Positions 38,996 through 51,284 of a DNA stretch of 64,000 nt are shown in pieces; positions within the stretch are counted from its first letter, which is position 1, and each line of letters starts with the position of its first letter. Source of the DNA: Octopus sinensis (taxonomy: Eukaryota). The notes under the pieces were generated by a model. That model did no database searches. It worked only from the letters and a program-made list of their open reading frames with translations, and had not been told where the DNA came from. Made by a program: the position numbers and the translations under genes. The DNA is taken from NCBI RefSeq assembly GCF_006345805.1, contig NC_043018.1:23436001-23500000 (forward strand), written 5' to 3'.

Positions 38996-40664
38996 TAGAG
39001 TTGGTTAGTGTTAGCAATGAGTTAATAAATTTAGCTTGTGGTGGTTATGTGTTAGGTAGAGTCAGCTGTTCTTAACTCTGTGTTACATAGTGTTGGTCTA
39101 GCGGTAGCTTTGTGACATCTAGACTTGACTGTTGTAGTATTTATGATAAACATGTTTCTGGTGGTGGTGGTGATGAAATGGCCATTTATAAAAGTACACA
39201 GTCTGCAGCAGATACTGTAGCTAAGCAATGATTGGAATCTCTCATATTTTGCCCTTATCATAATGTTTTGATGCTGCTAATAAAGTTACTCGGTAAATAC
39301 TTGTAGGACTTCTTTTCAGTCTCACCACCACCACCACCTGAATACACACATAGACATATACACACACAGACACATTTATATAGAAAGAGGGAGTGGGAGC
39401 AGGGGAATAGATAACGGAGAATTAGTGGTTGGGATGGTGTGGTGAGGCATGTTGTGAGGGTGGAGGTAGAAATTGATTTGGAGTTATAGGGTGTATTGGG
39501 GTGGTGGTGGGAGCGCAACAGTAAATATTTACCAACCTGCAATGAATCCCTCCACATGAGGTATGTTGGGAGGGCGAGGAAACAAACACCTGCACCTGCC
39601 TGACCTGGTCACTATGTAGAACTTGTTTATAGATCCTTGTGTATATACATCAGGTAGTTTATTAACGTCCCTCTCTTGTTTTCTCTCTCTCCCTCTCTCT
39701 TTTTCTATTAATCACTGTCCTCTCTCTTTCGTTCACTCTCTATCTTACACTCAGTATCTCCGTGTCACTCTCACCTTCTTACTCTACCTCTTTCTCCCTC
39801 TCTCATATACTCAGGAGTTTTTGTCTAACCTTTTTGCTTTGGGGCAAAAAGCTTAACTTTTATCTGCAGTCGGAAGCCCACCTACCTCTCTCTGTTGAAA
39901 TAAACATCGGACACACTTTGCTCCATACAGAAATTACAGGAGCAACTCAGAGTTGTTGTAGGCTCTCCTTATGAATCCATCACAATGTCAGAAATTCTTC
40001 TGTATTGTCAGCAGTATCTCAGAGTCACTAGTATTTCACCCCTTAACCATGTTGCGACACCCGGGCCAACTGATCAGCCCAAGTGATACCAGCTGAAAGG
40101 ACTTTGAGGTCAATCCATTGACCCAGTGAAACAAACATTTTGAAGTGTAATTAGCCAATCAGAGATCATCTTTCAGTAGATATAATATAAAACTATATAA
40201 TATACATAAGGCGGCGAGCTGGCAGAAACGTTAGCACGTCGGGCGAAATGCGTAGCCGTATTTCGTCTGCCGTTAAGTGTTCTGGGTTCAAATTCCGCCG
40301 AGGTCGACTTTGCCTTTCATCCTTTCGGGGTTGATAAATTAAGTACCAGTTACGCACTGGGGTCGATGTAATCGACTTAATCCCTTTGTCTGTCCTTGTT
40401 TGTCCCCTCTATGTTTAGCCCCTTGTGGGTAGTAAAGAAATATATATAATATACATAGTTTTATATAGTAATATAAAGTAGTTTTAGGTACTTTATCCTT
40501 TGTTTTCTATATGCACCCATCATTTTCAGTCTCAGCAGGAAAAAAAATTTAGCCTTTTTGGTTCTACATACCAAAACACTGTCTCTAAAGGGTTAACCTG
40601 TACTCTTTGCCTGAGTGGGGCATCAAGAGCTGAATTATTCTTTGCCTGTGAAAGGGTTCCATTT

Positions 40665-41590
40665 TCAGTCTCTTGTCAGCCTCAGCCACCTTGAACAAGT
40701 TTCACTTGCCATGCCTATCTCCTTCGTGGCTTTCTTCAGTTGTTTTGGCTCCAGACCAATCTTCTGCAGGAAGTAGCGCATCAAAATAGCTGGAAGGCCT
40801 CAACAATCAACTGCGATAGGGAATGAGGCTACATGTCATCCTTTGACAAGTACCTCATCAACTAAGTCCTGATATTTCGTTTTCTTCAGCAGTAAGAAAT
40901 GTCAAGTCTGTCTTTAAGTGATTGTTTCTACAATCTTGGAGAGCAGAAACATCTCTGGTCAGAGTGATGTTACTGCTACCTTCTCTGGGAAGATGAGTTT
41001 TCCCTTCAGTTCCACTTGCATCTCCTACTCTGGGGCTGTATGCCAAACAGAAAACAGAAATCCGATACCCTCAGGTCGATATGGCTGCTGTTTGTTGACC
41101 TTAATCCATTTGGCAATTTCTGTTGTGTATCCACTTGTATCAGCTTTCTCCCAGTGTTTTAGGGCATCAAGTAAAAATGTATTCAAGGTGCAAAGATTTG
41201 CTTCACACTGCTTGCAGGATGGGTCTTCCTCTTTGCCCCATATTTTAAGGTTAAGGTTGGCAAAAGATCAGCAACAACACACAAAAAGGTTGAAAATTTC
41301 CCTAGTCATTACTTCAGTGTTCCTTCCAGAACAGTGGTTGTTTAAGTGTGTGGTCTCACGGTAGCCATTATCTCTTATTGACATGTCCTTACTATCTTTA
41401 CAGAGTGATCTTTCTCTATTGAATTACAGATCTTTTGCACTATGAGTTCTCTCTTGCCCCAGGCATTAGTACATTTCCATCATAGTTGTGGTGTAGTTGC
41501 CAAGTACTAGCCATCCTCAACTGACTATTCCAACAATTTGGTGCTTCCAGTACTTTTCCACTTCCACTTTGCTGCTACGCTTTATAGTCT
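40665..41590 (-). mobile_element. Degenerate HERO/NeSL-like RLE non-LTR retrotransposon C-terminus
   Basis: Minus-strand remnants DLLPT..LKIWGKEEDPSCKQCEANLCTL; EIAKWI; KGKLIFPEKVAVTSLxP; KKTKYQDLVDE..FPIAVDCxG..KKATKEIGMASETCSRWL. Clade assignment rests on recalled motifs. Confidence 0.7.
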
Positions 41591-43066
41591 TATATCTGTA
41601 GGTGTGGCCATGGTTGGATGGTGGTCAAGAAGTTTGCTTCCCAACTACATGGCTTCCAGTTCAGTTCCACTGTATGGCACTTTGGGCAAGTACCTTCTGC
41701 TATAGCCTGCCCAGGGCCAATCAAAGCCTGTCATATATTTGTGTGTGTGTGTGTGTTTGTGTATATACACATATCAACACACACACACACACACACACAC
41801 ACACCAACACACACACACACACACAGTTGTTTCTAGTTTTACACGATACTCGATTTGCCCAGTTTTCCTTAGCACAATTTTGCTTTCGGTCAACCCCTAC
41901 CTCCATTTTATGTACACAGAAACATCACTTTGTCATTTTGGGGGGAATTTTCATTTTCCTTTTATTTACCTTTCATTTCACTTCTTTGATGCTGAGATAG
42001 ACCAAGCACTAAATAAGCACTTAATTTACAAAGAATTTTTTTTTTCTTCATATTTTGATAAATGCTTTTTTGAGATTTTATAATAGTTTCCAGAGAATTG
42101 ATTTCCCTGAAAACAAAAATGAATAGATTAAATCAACTTCAAAAAGTAAAAGGTTTGATAAAAATTGCGAAATAATTTGCTATAAATAAAGCAACTGTTT
42201 GAATAATTAAAAGGAGTGAAGGTAAAAAAAAAAAATGTCAGGGCTTTTATAATTGCTGGAAGAATTTCAATAACTTAAAAAACACACAAAGTATAAAGAA
42301 AAAACAGAAAAAGCTCTATTATATTGGCTAGAAGATAAAAGCCCAGCATTAAACCCATTACACACACACACACACACACAAGTGTACATATATGTTGTTA
42401 TACTTGGGGAAGGTCATTGATTTTGGTTGCCAATTAAGCATGCACTATTTATTCGATCTTTGCTTTAGTTTTAATTACCCTGCATCTGTGAGCAAAAGCA
42501 GGGTATTGTTGTCACTTGTCTTGTCTGTGTGTTTGCAAAATAACTAGAAAACGGCTGAACAGATTCTCACCAAATTCGAGAGAAATACTCATTGAGTGGG
42601 TGGCTCAAAATGCTGAAAATTTGGTTTTGATCATCTTCAAACATAGATAAATACATACATAAATATGTGACTCTGTGTGTGCATAAACTTGCAGGTGGGG
42701 CCCAGTTAGAATTTTCTTCTGGTCAAGTAGCCCATCCCGCTCAAAAGGTCACTGAATAAGGGTTGTTGAAGGATGTTGAACGAAACACCCATGTTTCCAG
42801 AGGTGAATTATTCAAACCCCAAAGAATCCCTCTCAATACATGGCTATGATGCTCCCCCACTACTTCTACTCATGATCAGAGATGCACATATCGTCAGCCA
42901 CCAAGGGACATGCTCAACTGGTTATGGTCAAACAACTGACAGGCAAATCTGTGGTACTGAGCAGAATATTTGCTGTAGCCCATCTTTAATACCAAGATAA
43001 AACAATGTACATGATAACACTTCCAATCAGTTAAGATGAGAGCCACTGCCTGGTACTGCATCAGGG

Positions 43067-43108
<42 letters not shown>

Positions 43109-43525
43109 TTGAAGAGGAAGGTGAGGATAGAGAGGGTGGTGCTACCTTCTAGTGTGTTTATCAAAAGGTGGTCGACAGTGGAAAGACTGGTGAGACTGAA
43201 TGGACCTACTCTGAATCTGCTTTTCTAAGCAGGAGAAAAGAATCTGGAAGAGGGCACTTTCACATGCCTTAGAGATGGCAGAGTAATCCAGGATTTTTGT
43301 GTGGGGTTTACCCCATATTACCCTCAGTGAACTGCCCCACTATTGGGGATTCTATGTATTTACTTATTTATTATTTACTTCCTTACTTTCTATTATATAT
43401 CCTCTCCTCTATCCTTCAATGTGGAAATGTCTACCTGTAATTTTAATTTTTTTTGCATCTGCTTTAACTCCTCCTTTGATATTGTCTGCCATGTCTTAGG
43501 CCCTTGTGGCCAATAAAAGAAATCA

Positions 43526-43925
43526 TCTCTATATATATAAACGGCAGTTTGTCTGTCTGTGTGTCTGTTAGGTTGTACCCTCACCCTGACCACGGCTTTC
43601 AACCGATTCTGATGAAACTTGACACACACATAGCCCAATGTCATAATTCAAAACTAACGCAGCGAAAATTTTGAAAAGTTCCCCCAGTTCTGAAAAAAAT
43701 CGATAAATTCGACATGGGGTTGAGAATCTAAGCTTTTTATATGCAACACATTTTCTGTCGGGAGACAGCTAGGAACATTGTATACATAGAAGTATTCGAG
43801 TGAAGAGAAGACATTGCAACCTACACATGCACCTTCGTTCCCTGGAGGGAAAGAACTAGATTGGGATTAGTCGTTGCCTACTAGGGGCTCTTACATACTC
43901 GGGCAACGCCAGGCTATGCTGCTAA
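43526..43925 (+). mobile_element. Non-autonomous Helitron-like element (same 5' region as 12824-13208, different interior)
   Basis: A|TCTCTATATATATAAACGGCAG...GGGCAACGCCAGGCTATGCTGCTAA|T (CTRR end). Confidence 0.72.
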
Positions 43926-44002
43926 TTATTACTAAATTTTAAAAAAAATCTTTAAATCTGTTTTTGTATCTCATTTTATAATTATCCATTTTCATCTTTC
44001 AG

Positions 44003-44129
44003 GAGTTCTCAAAGTGTGACTCTTCCAGAGGTTGGAAAATATGCCACAGGTCTCCTTTTTATGGATAAAACCGATGGAAAACAAGCTCAGGATTTGTTTA
44101 CTAAAATGGTGGAAGATTTCGACCTTCAG
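44003..44129 (+). CDS. GLT1: GOGAT coding exon 3 (K-SSQSVTLPEVGKYATGLLFMDKTDGKQAQDLFTKMVEDFDLQ)
   Basis: TTTCAG acceptor, 127 nt (1+126) matching the upstream phase, LPxxGxYAxG motif, GTAAAG donor. Confidence 0.92.
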
Positions 44130-45087
44130 GTAAAGAATACTAGAAAATACAATTGCTTTTTAATCTACCCATGGTATGAGGCTCGCTTCCTGACCATGTG
44201 CTCTTGGGTATTTCTTGAGTTTCTATAGTGTCTTGATTTCATGAACATCAAAAATTCGAATGGTAATTGTAGTTAAGACATGCGTACCGGTGACACGTAA
44301 AAAGCACCATCCGAACATGGCAGATACTAGCGCCGCCTAACTGGCGTCCGTGTTGGTGACACGTAAAAGCACCAACCGATCGTGGCCGTTTGCCAGCCAG
44401 CACTGGCTCCTGTGCCGGTGGCATGTAAAAAACACCCACTACACTCACAGAGTGGTTGGCGTTAGGAAGGGCATCCAGCTGTAGAAACACTCCCAAATCA
44501 GACTGGAGCCTGGTGCAGTCTCCATGGCTTACCAGACCCCGGTCGAACTGTCCAACCCATGCTAGCATGGAAAACGGACGCTAAATGACGATGATGATGA
44601 TGATTTCATAGAAAGCTTCCAAATGTCCCAACTGTAAGCTGCAAACTAGCCACTTGTGACAAGCTGTGTTTAGTGGGATATGTTCAAAGTGCTTTTACAG
44701 CCATTTCCTCAATCTGGTATAACAAAAGTCAGCAGGTCAGCTTATAACATGTATGGTAATGGTGCGCTAAAATTACAGTAACCTAAGACAACTAAATCTG
44801 CTAAATCAACCAAATTTGTTACCCAAAATTTCCTGAAAAGATACACACACACACAACAGAGAACAAAATAAGAACTATGATAAATGACAATTTAGTGTGT
44901 GTGTATGTGTGGAGAGAGAGAGAGAGAGAGACAGACAGACAAACAAACAGAGAGATGTTTCTTTAAGAAGTTGGCCATAACTTTGTAACTGATTACATCT
45001 TTGTTCCTCATAGTATTCATTACTTGTTTACAGAAATATGTAATTAAATAACATTGTTTTTTTGTCTAAGAGGAGATTTATCTACAC

Positions 45088-45135
<48 letters not shown>

Positions 45136-45364
45136 AATTAAGGACTGAACACGAAAAGTGGACAGTCAACATGCTAGATATAGACGTCAAATCGCCATTC
45201 ACCACAAAAGATTATGTTCTCAGATCAAACTCAACACAAAACCATAGCAATAAACAAGTGAAAAATATACGAAATAAAATAATTACCCATGTACTAAATT
45301 AGTTTCAGCTGTTATTTTCCGCAAGGAAAACTGCAGCCATCATATATATATATATATATATATA

Positions 45365-45660
45365 CAAGACATCCCAGAATTTACTGTCTATTTCAATGAA
45401 AGAAGGCATATGATTTTATGTTTGAAAATTTTCAACATGTGCTCTGTCTGTATCCCTGTCCTTAGTCTTGCAAAACACATTCTGAAGCATTTCAGGAATT
45501 ATCTCTTGCAATGCTAATTGAAGGCATTCTTTAAGTTCAGTTAAATTATTGCTCCATCTTGGGAATGGAGTTAGAAGAAATGATTGCAGCCAGATTGAAA
45601 AAAAAAAATTAATAAAAACTGTTATGGATAGATTAGTGAAATCCAAAAGGAATGAAAATG
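45365..45660 (-). mobile_element. Possible Tc1/mariner (DD37D-like) transposase C-terminal remnant
   Basis: ORF 45416-45646 resembles ..LxELKxxIxxAxxxIxxEMLxNV..GxHVE; heavily decayed. Confidence 0.45.
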
Positions 45661-46139
45661 AAATTATTGAAAAAAATTTATAAATATTATAAAATTATAG
45701 GTGTGGGTGTGTTGTAAGAAACTTGGTTCCTGGTTCCACATGGTTCTAGGTCCAGTCCCACCATGTGGCACCATGGGCATAGCCTCAGGCCAATCAACTT
45801 AGAGGTTCAGCAAAAGAGATCAAATAAGTAATGGTATTGATTTGTTTGGCAAAAACCTGTTTAGGTGGCACTCTAGCATGGCCACTATCTCATGACAGAT
45901 ACAAGTAAAAGATAAAAGATAAATGCATCAAGCATATGTATTCTCTCTTTATAATAATAATACAAGAATTGAAAAGATAAGAAGAAATGTGATGATGATG
46001 ATGATGATGATGATAATGGTAATCCTATCACATCTGATAAACAAAATCCTTTATCAAATTGACCACAACAGTTATAATTGCCATATTTCAAAATAACGCA
46101 GGAAAATAATAACAATCATCATCATAATCATCATCATCA

Positions 46140-46620
46140 TCATAATCATCATCATCACCATTTAATGTTCGTTGTCCATGCTGTCATGGGTTGGACAGTT
46201 TGACCAGGGCTGGCAAGCTGGAAGGCTGCACCTGACTCCAACCTGATTTGACATGGTTTCTTATATCTGGATGCCCTTCCTAATGCCAACCACCCTGAGA
46301 GTGCAATGGCACAGGTGCCATTTGCATGACACAAGTATCTGCCATGACTACAGCTTCACTTGGCCCGACATGTCCTCTCAAGCACAGCACATCACCAAAG
46401 GTTTTGGTCACTAGTCATTGCCTCCATGTGGCCCAACGTTCGAAGATCATGCTTCATCACCTCATCCCATGTCTTCCTTGGACTACCTGTACCACAGGTT
46501 CCCTCCACAGTTAGAGATTGGCAGTTCGTTATGCAACTGTCCTCATCCATATGCATCACGTGCCTATGCCAGTGCAGTTGTCTCTCTTGCACACCACATC
46601 TGATGCTTCTTATACCCAAC
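46140..46620 (-). mobile_element. 5'-truncated RTE-clade LINE 3' end
   Basis: GIRSIRCGVQERQLHWHRHVMHM..VEGTCGTGSPRKTWDEVMKHDL..AMTSDQNLW. Confidence 0.78.
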
Positions 46621-46782
46621 TTTTTTTTTAAGATGCTTATACTCATCATCATCATCATCATCATCATCATTGCTTTAATATTCACTTTTCCATGCTTGCA
46701 TGGGTTGGACAGAATTTATTAGAGTAGATTTTCCCAGGACTTATTCTTTGCTCATCACTCACATTGATGTTGTCAATTTTAA

Positions 46783-47004
46783 CCCTTTCGTTACTGTATT
46801 TATTTTGAGATGTTCTGTGTTTCTTTCAATTATTTTAAACAATAACAAAGAATTTAGTAAAATAACCTAGTTATCATTAAGCTAGTGTTAGGAACATAAA
46901 TTGTGACTAAGGTTTGGTGGAAGATTTTTATTCAAAACTTATGAAAACAAGACATTTGTACTACAGAGCCAGAGCCGGTTTTGGCCGGGTTGGTATCGAA
47001 AGGG
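46783..47004. mobile_element. piggyBac-type MITE (222 bp)
   Basis: TTAA|CCCTTTCGTTAC ... GTATCGAAAGGG|TTAA. Confidence 0.82.
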
Positions 47005-48566
47005 TTAATAAAAGATATTCCAGCAGTATGATGCATTTTTCACATTTTCTAACCATGAAAACAATTTCATAAAAATTAAAAGTTTAAGACTGTACACGTT
47101 TGAAATGTAAAAAGTGTGTCATCTTCAATAGAATTTCTTAATTTGTCGTACATGTATATTTTAGCTAACATTTTAATTGCCAGCATCAGTACCCAGTACG
47201 CATTTAAGAAATGGTATGGCAGGGTAAGGTATTAAGGTATTTTAAATGAGGAGGGTGGTCAATGCAGAAGGAGAGGTGGCTAAAGGGGGGAGAGGTGATG
47301 TGGAAGGAGAAGTGGCTAAAGGGGGTCAGTGGTCAAACAAGTTTGGCGACCCCTGATCTAAACCTTCAAGGCAGTACCCCAGCATGGCCACATTCCAGTG
47401 ACTAAAACAGATTAAATGAAAAAAAAATCTGTCTATACACATACACAGACGTGTATGTGTGCGTGCGTGTGTGTGTGCTTGCGTTTGTAAGCATCTGTGT
47501 GTTAACCTTAACAGAAAGATCAATTTCTTTGAAAGTCCAGATCAGATGAAAGCAATCTCAGAAGACTCTCCTTGCAATGTATCATTTTTCCCATCTTTGA
47601 TGCTGTCATATCTTTAGAATCAATAGAGTCGCCGTTTTTTATTTCTGAAGATTTCTGATAGTATGTCTGGCTTATTATGTTGGCTCTGCTAACCCTGATT
47701 TAAAATCTAGTCTGATGTTGCTGTATTTTTACAATGTTATTGGTGACTGCATAGACTGAACTAATGTGTATGGAAACGCACACACATACACAGAGACGGA
47801 GAGAAAGAGAGAGATGGAGAGAGAGAGAGAGAGGGGTATGTATGTACTCTCTCTACTCTTTTACTTGTTTCAGTCATTTGACTGCGGCCATGCTGGAGCA
47901 CTACCTTTAATCGAACAACTCAACCCTGGGACTTATTCTTTTGTAAGCCCAGTACTTATTCTATCAGTCTCTTTTGCTGAACCGCTTAGTAACGGGAACA
48001 TAAACACACCAGCATCGGTTGTCAAGCAATGCTAGGGGGACAAACACAGACACACAAACACACACACGCATATATATATACATATATACAACGGGCTTCT
48101 TTCAGTTTCCGTCTACCAAATCCACTCACAAGGCTTTGGTCGGCCTGAGGCTATAGTAGAAGACACTTGCCCAAGGTGTCACGCATTGGGACTGAACCCG
48201 GAACCATCTGGTTGGTAAACAAGCTACTTACCACACAGCCACCCCTGCACCTATGCATGTATATATGTAAAGTATGGGAATGAATGTGTGTGTGTTTATT
48301 TGTATCTTGTCTTGACAGTGTGTGGTAGTTGTAAATGAATGTCACCATCATACAAGCAGTGTCGTTTGTTTCAAATATTCTACAAAACCATGTCTCACCA
48401 TGGAAAAAATATTACCTTGCTTGGGAACAGGCAAGGGTTAGCAACAGGCGGGTCATCTGGCCATACAAAGTCTTCCTCGATGAATTCCATCTGACCCATG
48501 CAAGTATGAAAAGTAATGTCGTCAAAATGGTAACACTATACACATACACGCACATACGTGTGTGTT

Positions 48567-48595
<29 letters not shown>

Positions 48596-48600
<5 letters not shown>

Positions 48601-48786
48601 ATCCAAACATGAAAACACAAAGAGAAAACACAACAACGCGAGGACGTGGAACAAATATAGTATTATTGGACACTCAGGAAAGAAGGGAAGAAGGAGGGTT
48701 TAACGTTTCGAGCAGAGCTCTTCGTCAGAAACATAGGAGAAGGAAAGATCCAGAGAAGTGAAGACAGAAGACAAAAAATCGCCATG
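48596..48786 (-). mobile_element. Short hammerhead-bearing repeat ending in (TA)n (probable Penelope-like LTR fragment)
   Basis: Contains the 48698-48732 motif; its 3' end on the minus strand runs into the (TA)n tract at 48569-48596. Confidence 0.45.
48698..48732 (-). ncRNA. Putative minimal hammerhead ribozyme with an extra A after A9
   Basis: Minus strand reads GUUU-CUGACGA-A-GAGC(UCU)GCUC-GAAA-CG-UU-AAAC: stem I GUUU/AAAC, palindromic ACGU stem III, GUU triplet. Confidence 0.55.
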
Positions 48787-49361
48787 TGTGTGTTTGTGTA
48801 TGTATATGTATATGTGTCCTTAGTCAAAAGACAACTGTTGTTAATGTCCTTATTTGCATTTGTATTTGTGTATCATTTCTCTAACATCTTACCTCACAAC
48901 CATGCCTCCACCTATATATGTACACACATAAGAGCACTCTGTCGGTTCTGACGACGAGGATCTCAGCTGATCCAATCAACAGAACAGCTTGCTCGTGAGA
49001 TTAATGTGCAAGTGGCTGAGTACTCCACAGACACACGTACCTCTTTACATACTTCTCAGGGAGTTTCAGCATGACACAGAGTGTGACAAGGCCGGCCCTC
49101 TGAATTACAGGTACAACTCATTTTTGCCAACTGAGTGGACTGGAGCAACGTGAAATAAATAAAGTGTCTTGCTCAAGGACACAACACACAGCCAGGAATT
49201 GAACTCATGACCCTACAATTACAAGCTAAACAACCTAACCACTAAGCCACATGCTCTCCCACATACACACATACACATATTTAAAGACAGAGAAAAAGAA
49301 AGATATAAATAGATTTATTACTATTAATCCATTTTCAATAATTTTGTGTATTTTTTATCAG

Positions 49362-49442
49362 ATTTTGTGTTGGCGCAATTTAGATGTTGATGTAGAAATC
49401 CTGGGACGAGTTGCAAAAGAAAAGGAACCTTTTATCAAACAG
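49362..49442 (+). CDS. GLT1: GOGAT coding exon 4 (ILCWRNLDVDVEILGRVAKEKEPFIKQ)
   Basis: TTATCAG acceptor, WR...LGxxAxxxEPxIxQ motif, GTGAGA donor, 81 nt. Confidence 0.93.
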
Positions 49443-50289
49443 GTGAGATCTTGGTTTATCAATGTATGTTTGAATGAGGACCTAAGGGACCATATGTTTA
49501 TTGCACGGATTATCTTGTAATTTTCTATGGGTTTGTCATTTCACTTTAGGGTTAACACTGATCAAACAGATCTATGGTCAAGGACCTTCTGACCATGACT
49601 AACCCATCTGTTTTGTAGTATCTCAGAATATGTTATCAAGTATTTCTTTTCATTATTTAACCTGTCCAACGTTAGAAAATGATAGGTTAAGTCTCTGATC
49701 AAAGACATTCCAGCCATGACCATACAGTCTTTTATTTAGTAATTCAGGCATAGTGTATCAAGGACTGTACTATCCAAAAGTTTCTTTATTCTTTCTTTTT
49801 TTTTTTTCAAGGACAGTAGGGAGTGGTTTGAGGGAGATTTGGCTACTGTTTCTAACAAGTGAAGTCACTGCATACAAGACTTTTAACATTGGCTATACAG
49901 GTTAAGGAATGATTTGAGAGAGATTTGGCTGCTTTTCTAGCAGGGTTTTTTTTTTGTTTTTTTTTTACATCATATCAAAATCTCTTCAACTGTTAAGGTT
50001 AAGAAAGAAGGAAAGAGAGAGAGAGAGAGTGTGTGTGTGTGTGTGTGTGTGTTTCTTTTTGTTTTCTCTCCATTGTGCAGTTTTATTTAATGCATCTTGT
50101 CAAAAACATTTCAAATACATTTATCAAACAGTTGACAGGTTTCCAACTGTCAGCAATTTTGACAAATTCCATATTTTCTGTCAGTATTTCTACAAATTTA
50201 CTTAAAAGAACAAACATCCACTGTCACTCATTTGAAACCTCTCCCCGTCGTCCCCTCTTTCCCCCTCTTTCTCCAATCTCCCCTTTATC

Positions 50290-50990
50290 CCCTTCTCCCA
50301 TCTCTCTCCCATTTCTCTTCTCCCTATCTCTCTCTATTGCCCCCCTCTTGCTTCCACCCTTTCTCCCATCTCTCTCCATTGCCCCCTCTTGCTCCCACCC
50401 TTTCTCCCATCTCTCTCCCATTTCTCTTCTCCCTATCTCTCTCTATTGCCCCCTCTTGCTCCCACCCTTTCTCCCATCTCTCTCCCATTTCTCTTCTCCC
50501 TATCTCTCTCCATTGCCCCCTCTTGCTCCCACCCTTTCTCCCATCTCTCTCCCATTCTCTTCTCCCTATCTCTCTCTATTGCCCCCTCTTGCTCCCACCC
50601 TTTCTCCCATCTCTATCCCATTTCTCTTCTCCCTATCTCTCTCTATTGCCCCCCTCTTGCTCCCACCCTTTCTCCCATCTCTCTCCCATTTCTCTTCTCC
50701 CTATCTCTCTCTATTGCCCCCTCTTGCTCCCACCCTTTCTCCCATCTCTCTCCCATTTCTCTTCTCCCTATCTCTCTCCATTGCCCCCCTCTTGCTCCCA
50801 CCCTTTCTCCCATCTCTCTCCCATTTCTCTTCTCCCTATCTCTCTCTATTGCCCCCTCTTGCTCCCACCCTTTCTCCCATCTCTCTCCCATTTCTCTTCT
50901 CTCTATCTCTCTATTGCCCCCCTCTTGCTCCCACCCTTTCTCCCATTTCTCTTCTCCCTATCTCTCTCCATTGACCCCCTCTTGCTCCCA
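50290..50990. repeat. ~67-bp polypyrimidine minisatellite, ~10 copies, in intron 4
   Basis: ATTGCCCC at 50645, 50713, 50780 and 50848 (period 67-68). Confidence 0.92.
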
Positions 50991-51227
50991 CCCTTTCTCC
51001 CTACCCATCCACATCATCCCTCTCCCAGTATTCCCTATCTCTCCACCTCATCTCTACCTTTCTCCTCTACCTTTCCCCTCTCTTCTCCCTCCTCATCTCC
51101 ATCTTCCTTCGCATCTCATTTCCCCTCTTTATCCCCTTTGTCATTTCTCTAAAATTTTAACCTGTTTTTGTACCAAAACAAAAACTAATCCCAATATTTT
51201 AAGTCGAAATTTCTTTGATATTTTCAG

Positions 51228-51284
51228 GTCTTCATCATTAACAAAAATGGCGACAGCTTTGAAAAATCAGAGTTTGAAAAGCAA
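51228..51284 (+). CDS. GLT1: GOGAT coding exon 5 (VFIINKNGDSFEKSEFEKQ)
   Basis: TTTTCAG acceptor, GTGAGT donor, 57 nt in phase 0, links ..PFIKQ-VF.. to ..FEKQ-LYLLRK as in GOGAT. Confidence 0.88.

Noticed and set aside
39860-40180. Sequence resembling a HERO-type 3' UTR or an APE endonuclease remnant
   Set aside because: Too decayed to choose between the interpretations by eye.
43609-43618. CTGATGAAAC in the Helitron-like elements (also ~13107-13116 on the minus strand)
   Set aside because: No stem II between CUGAUGA and GAAA, so it cannot form a hammerhead.
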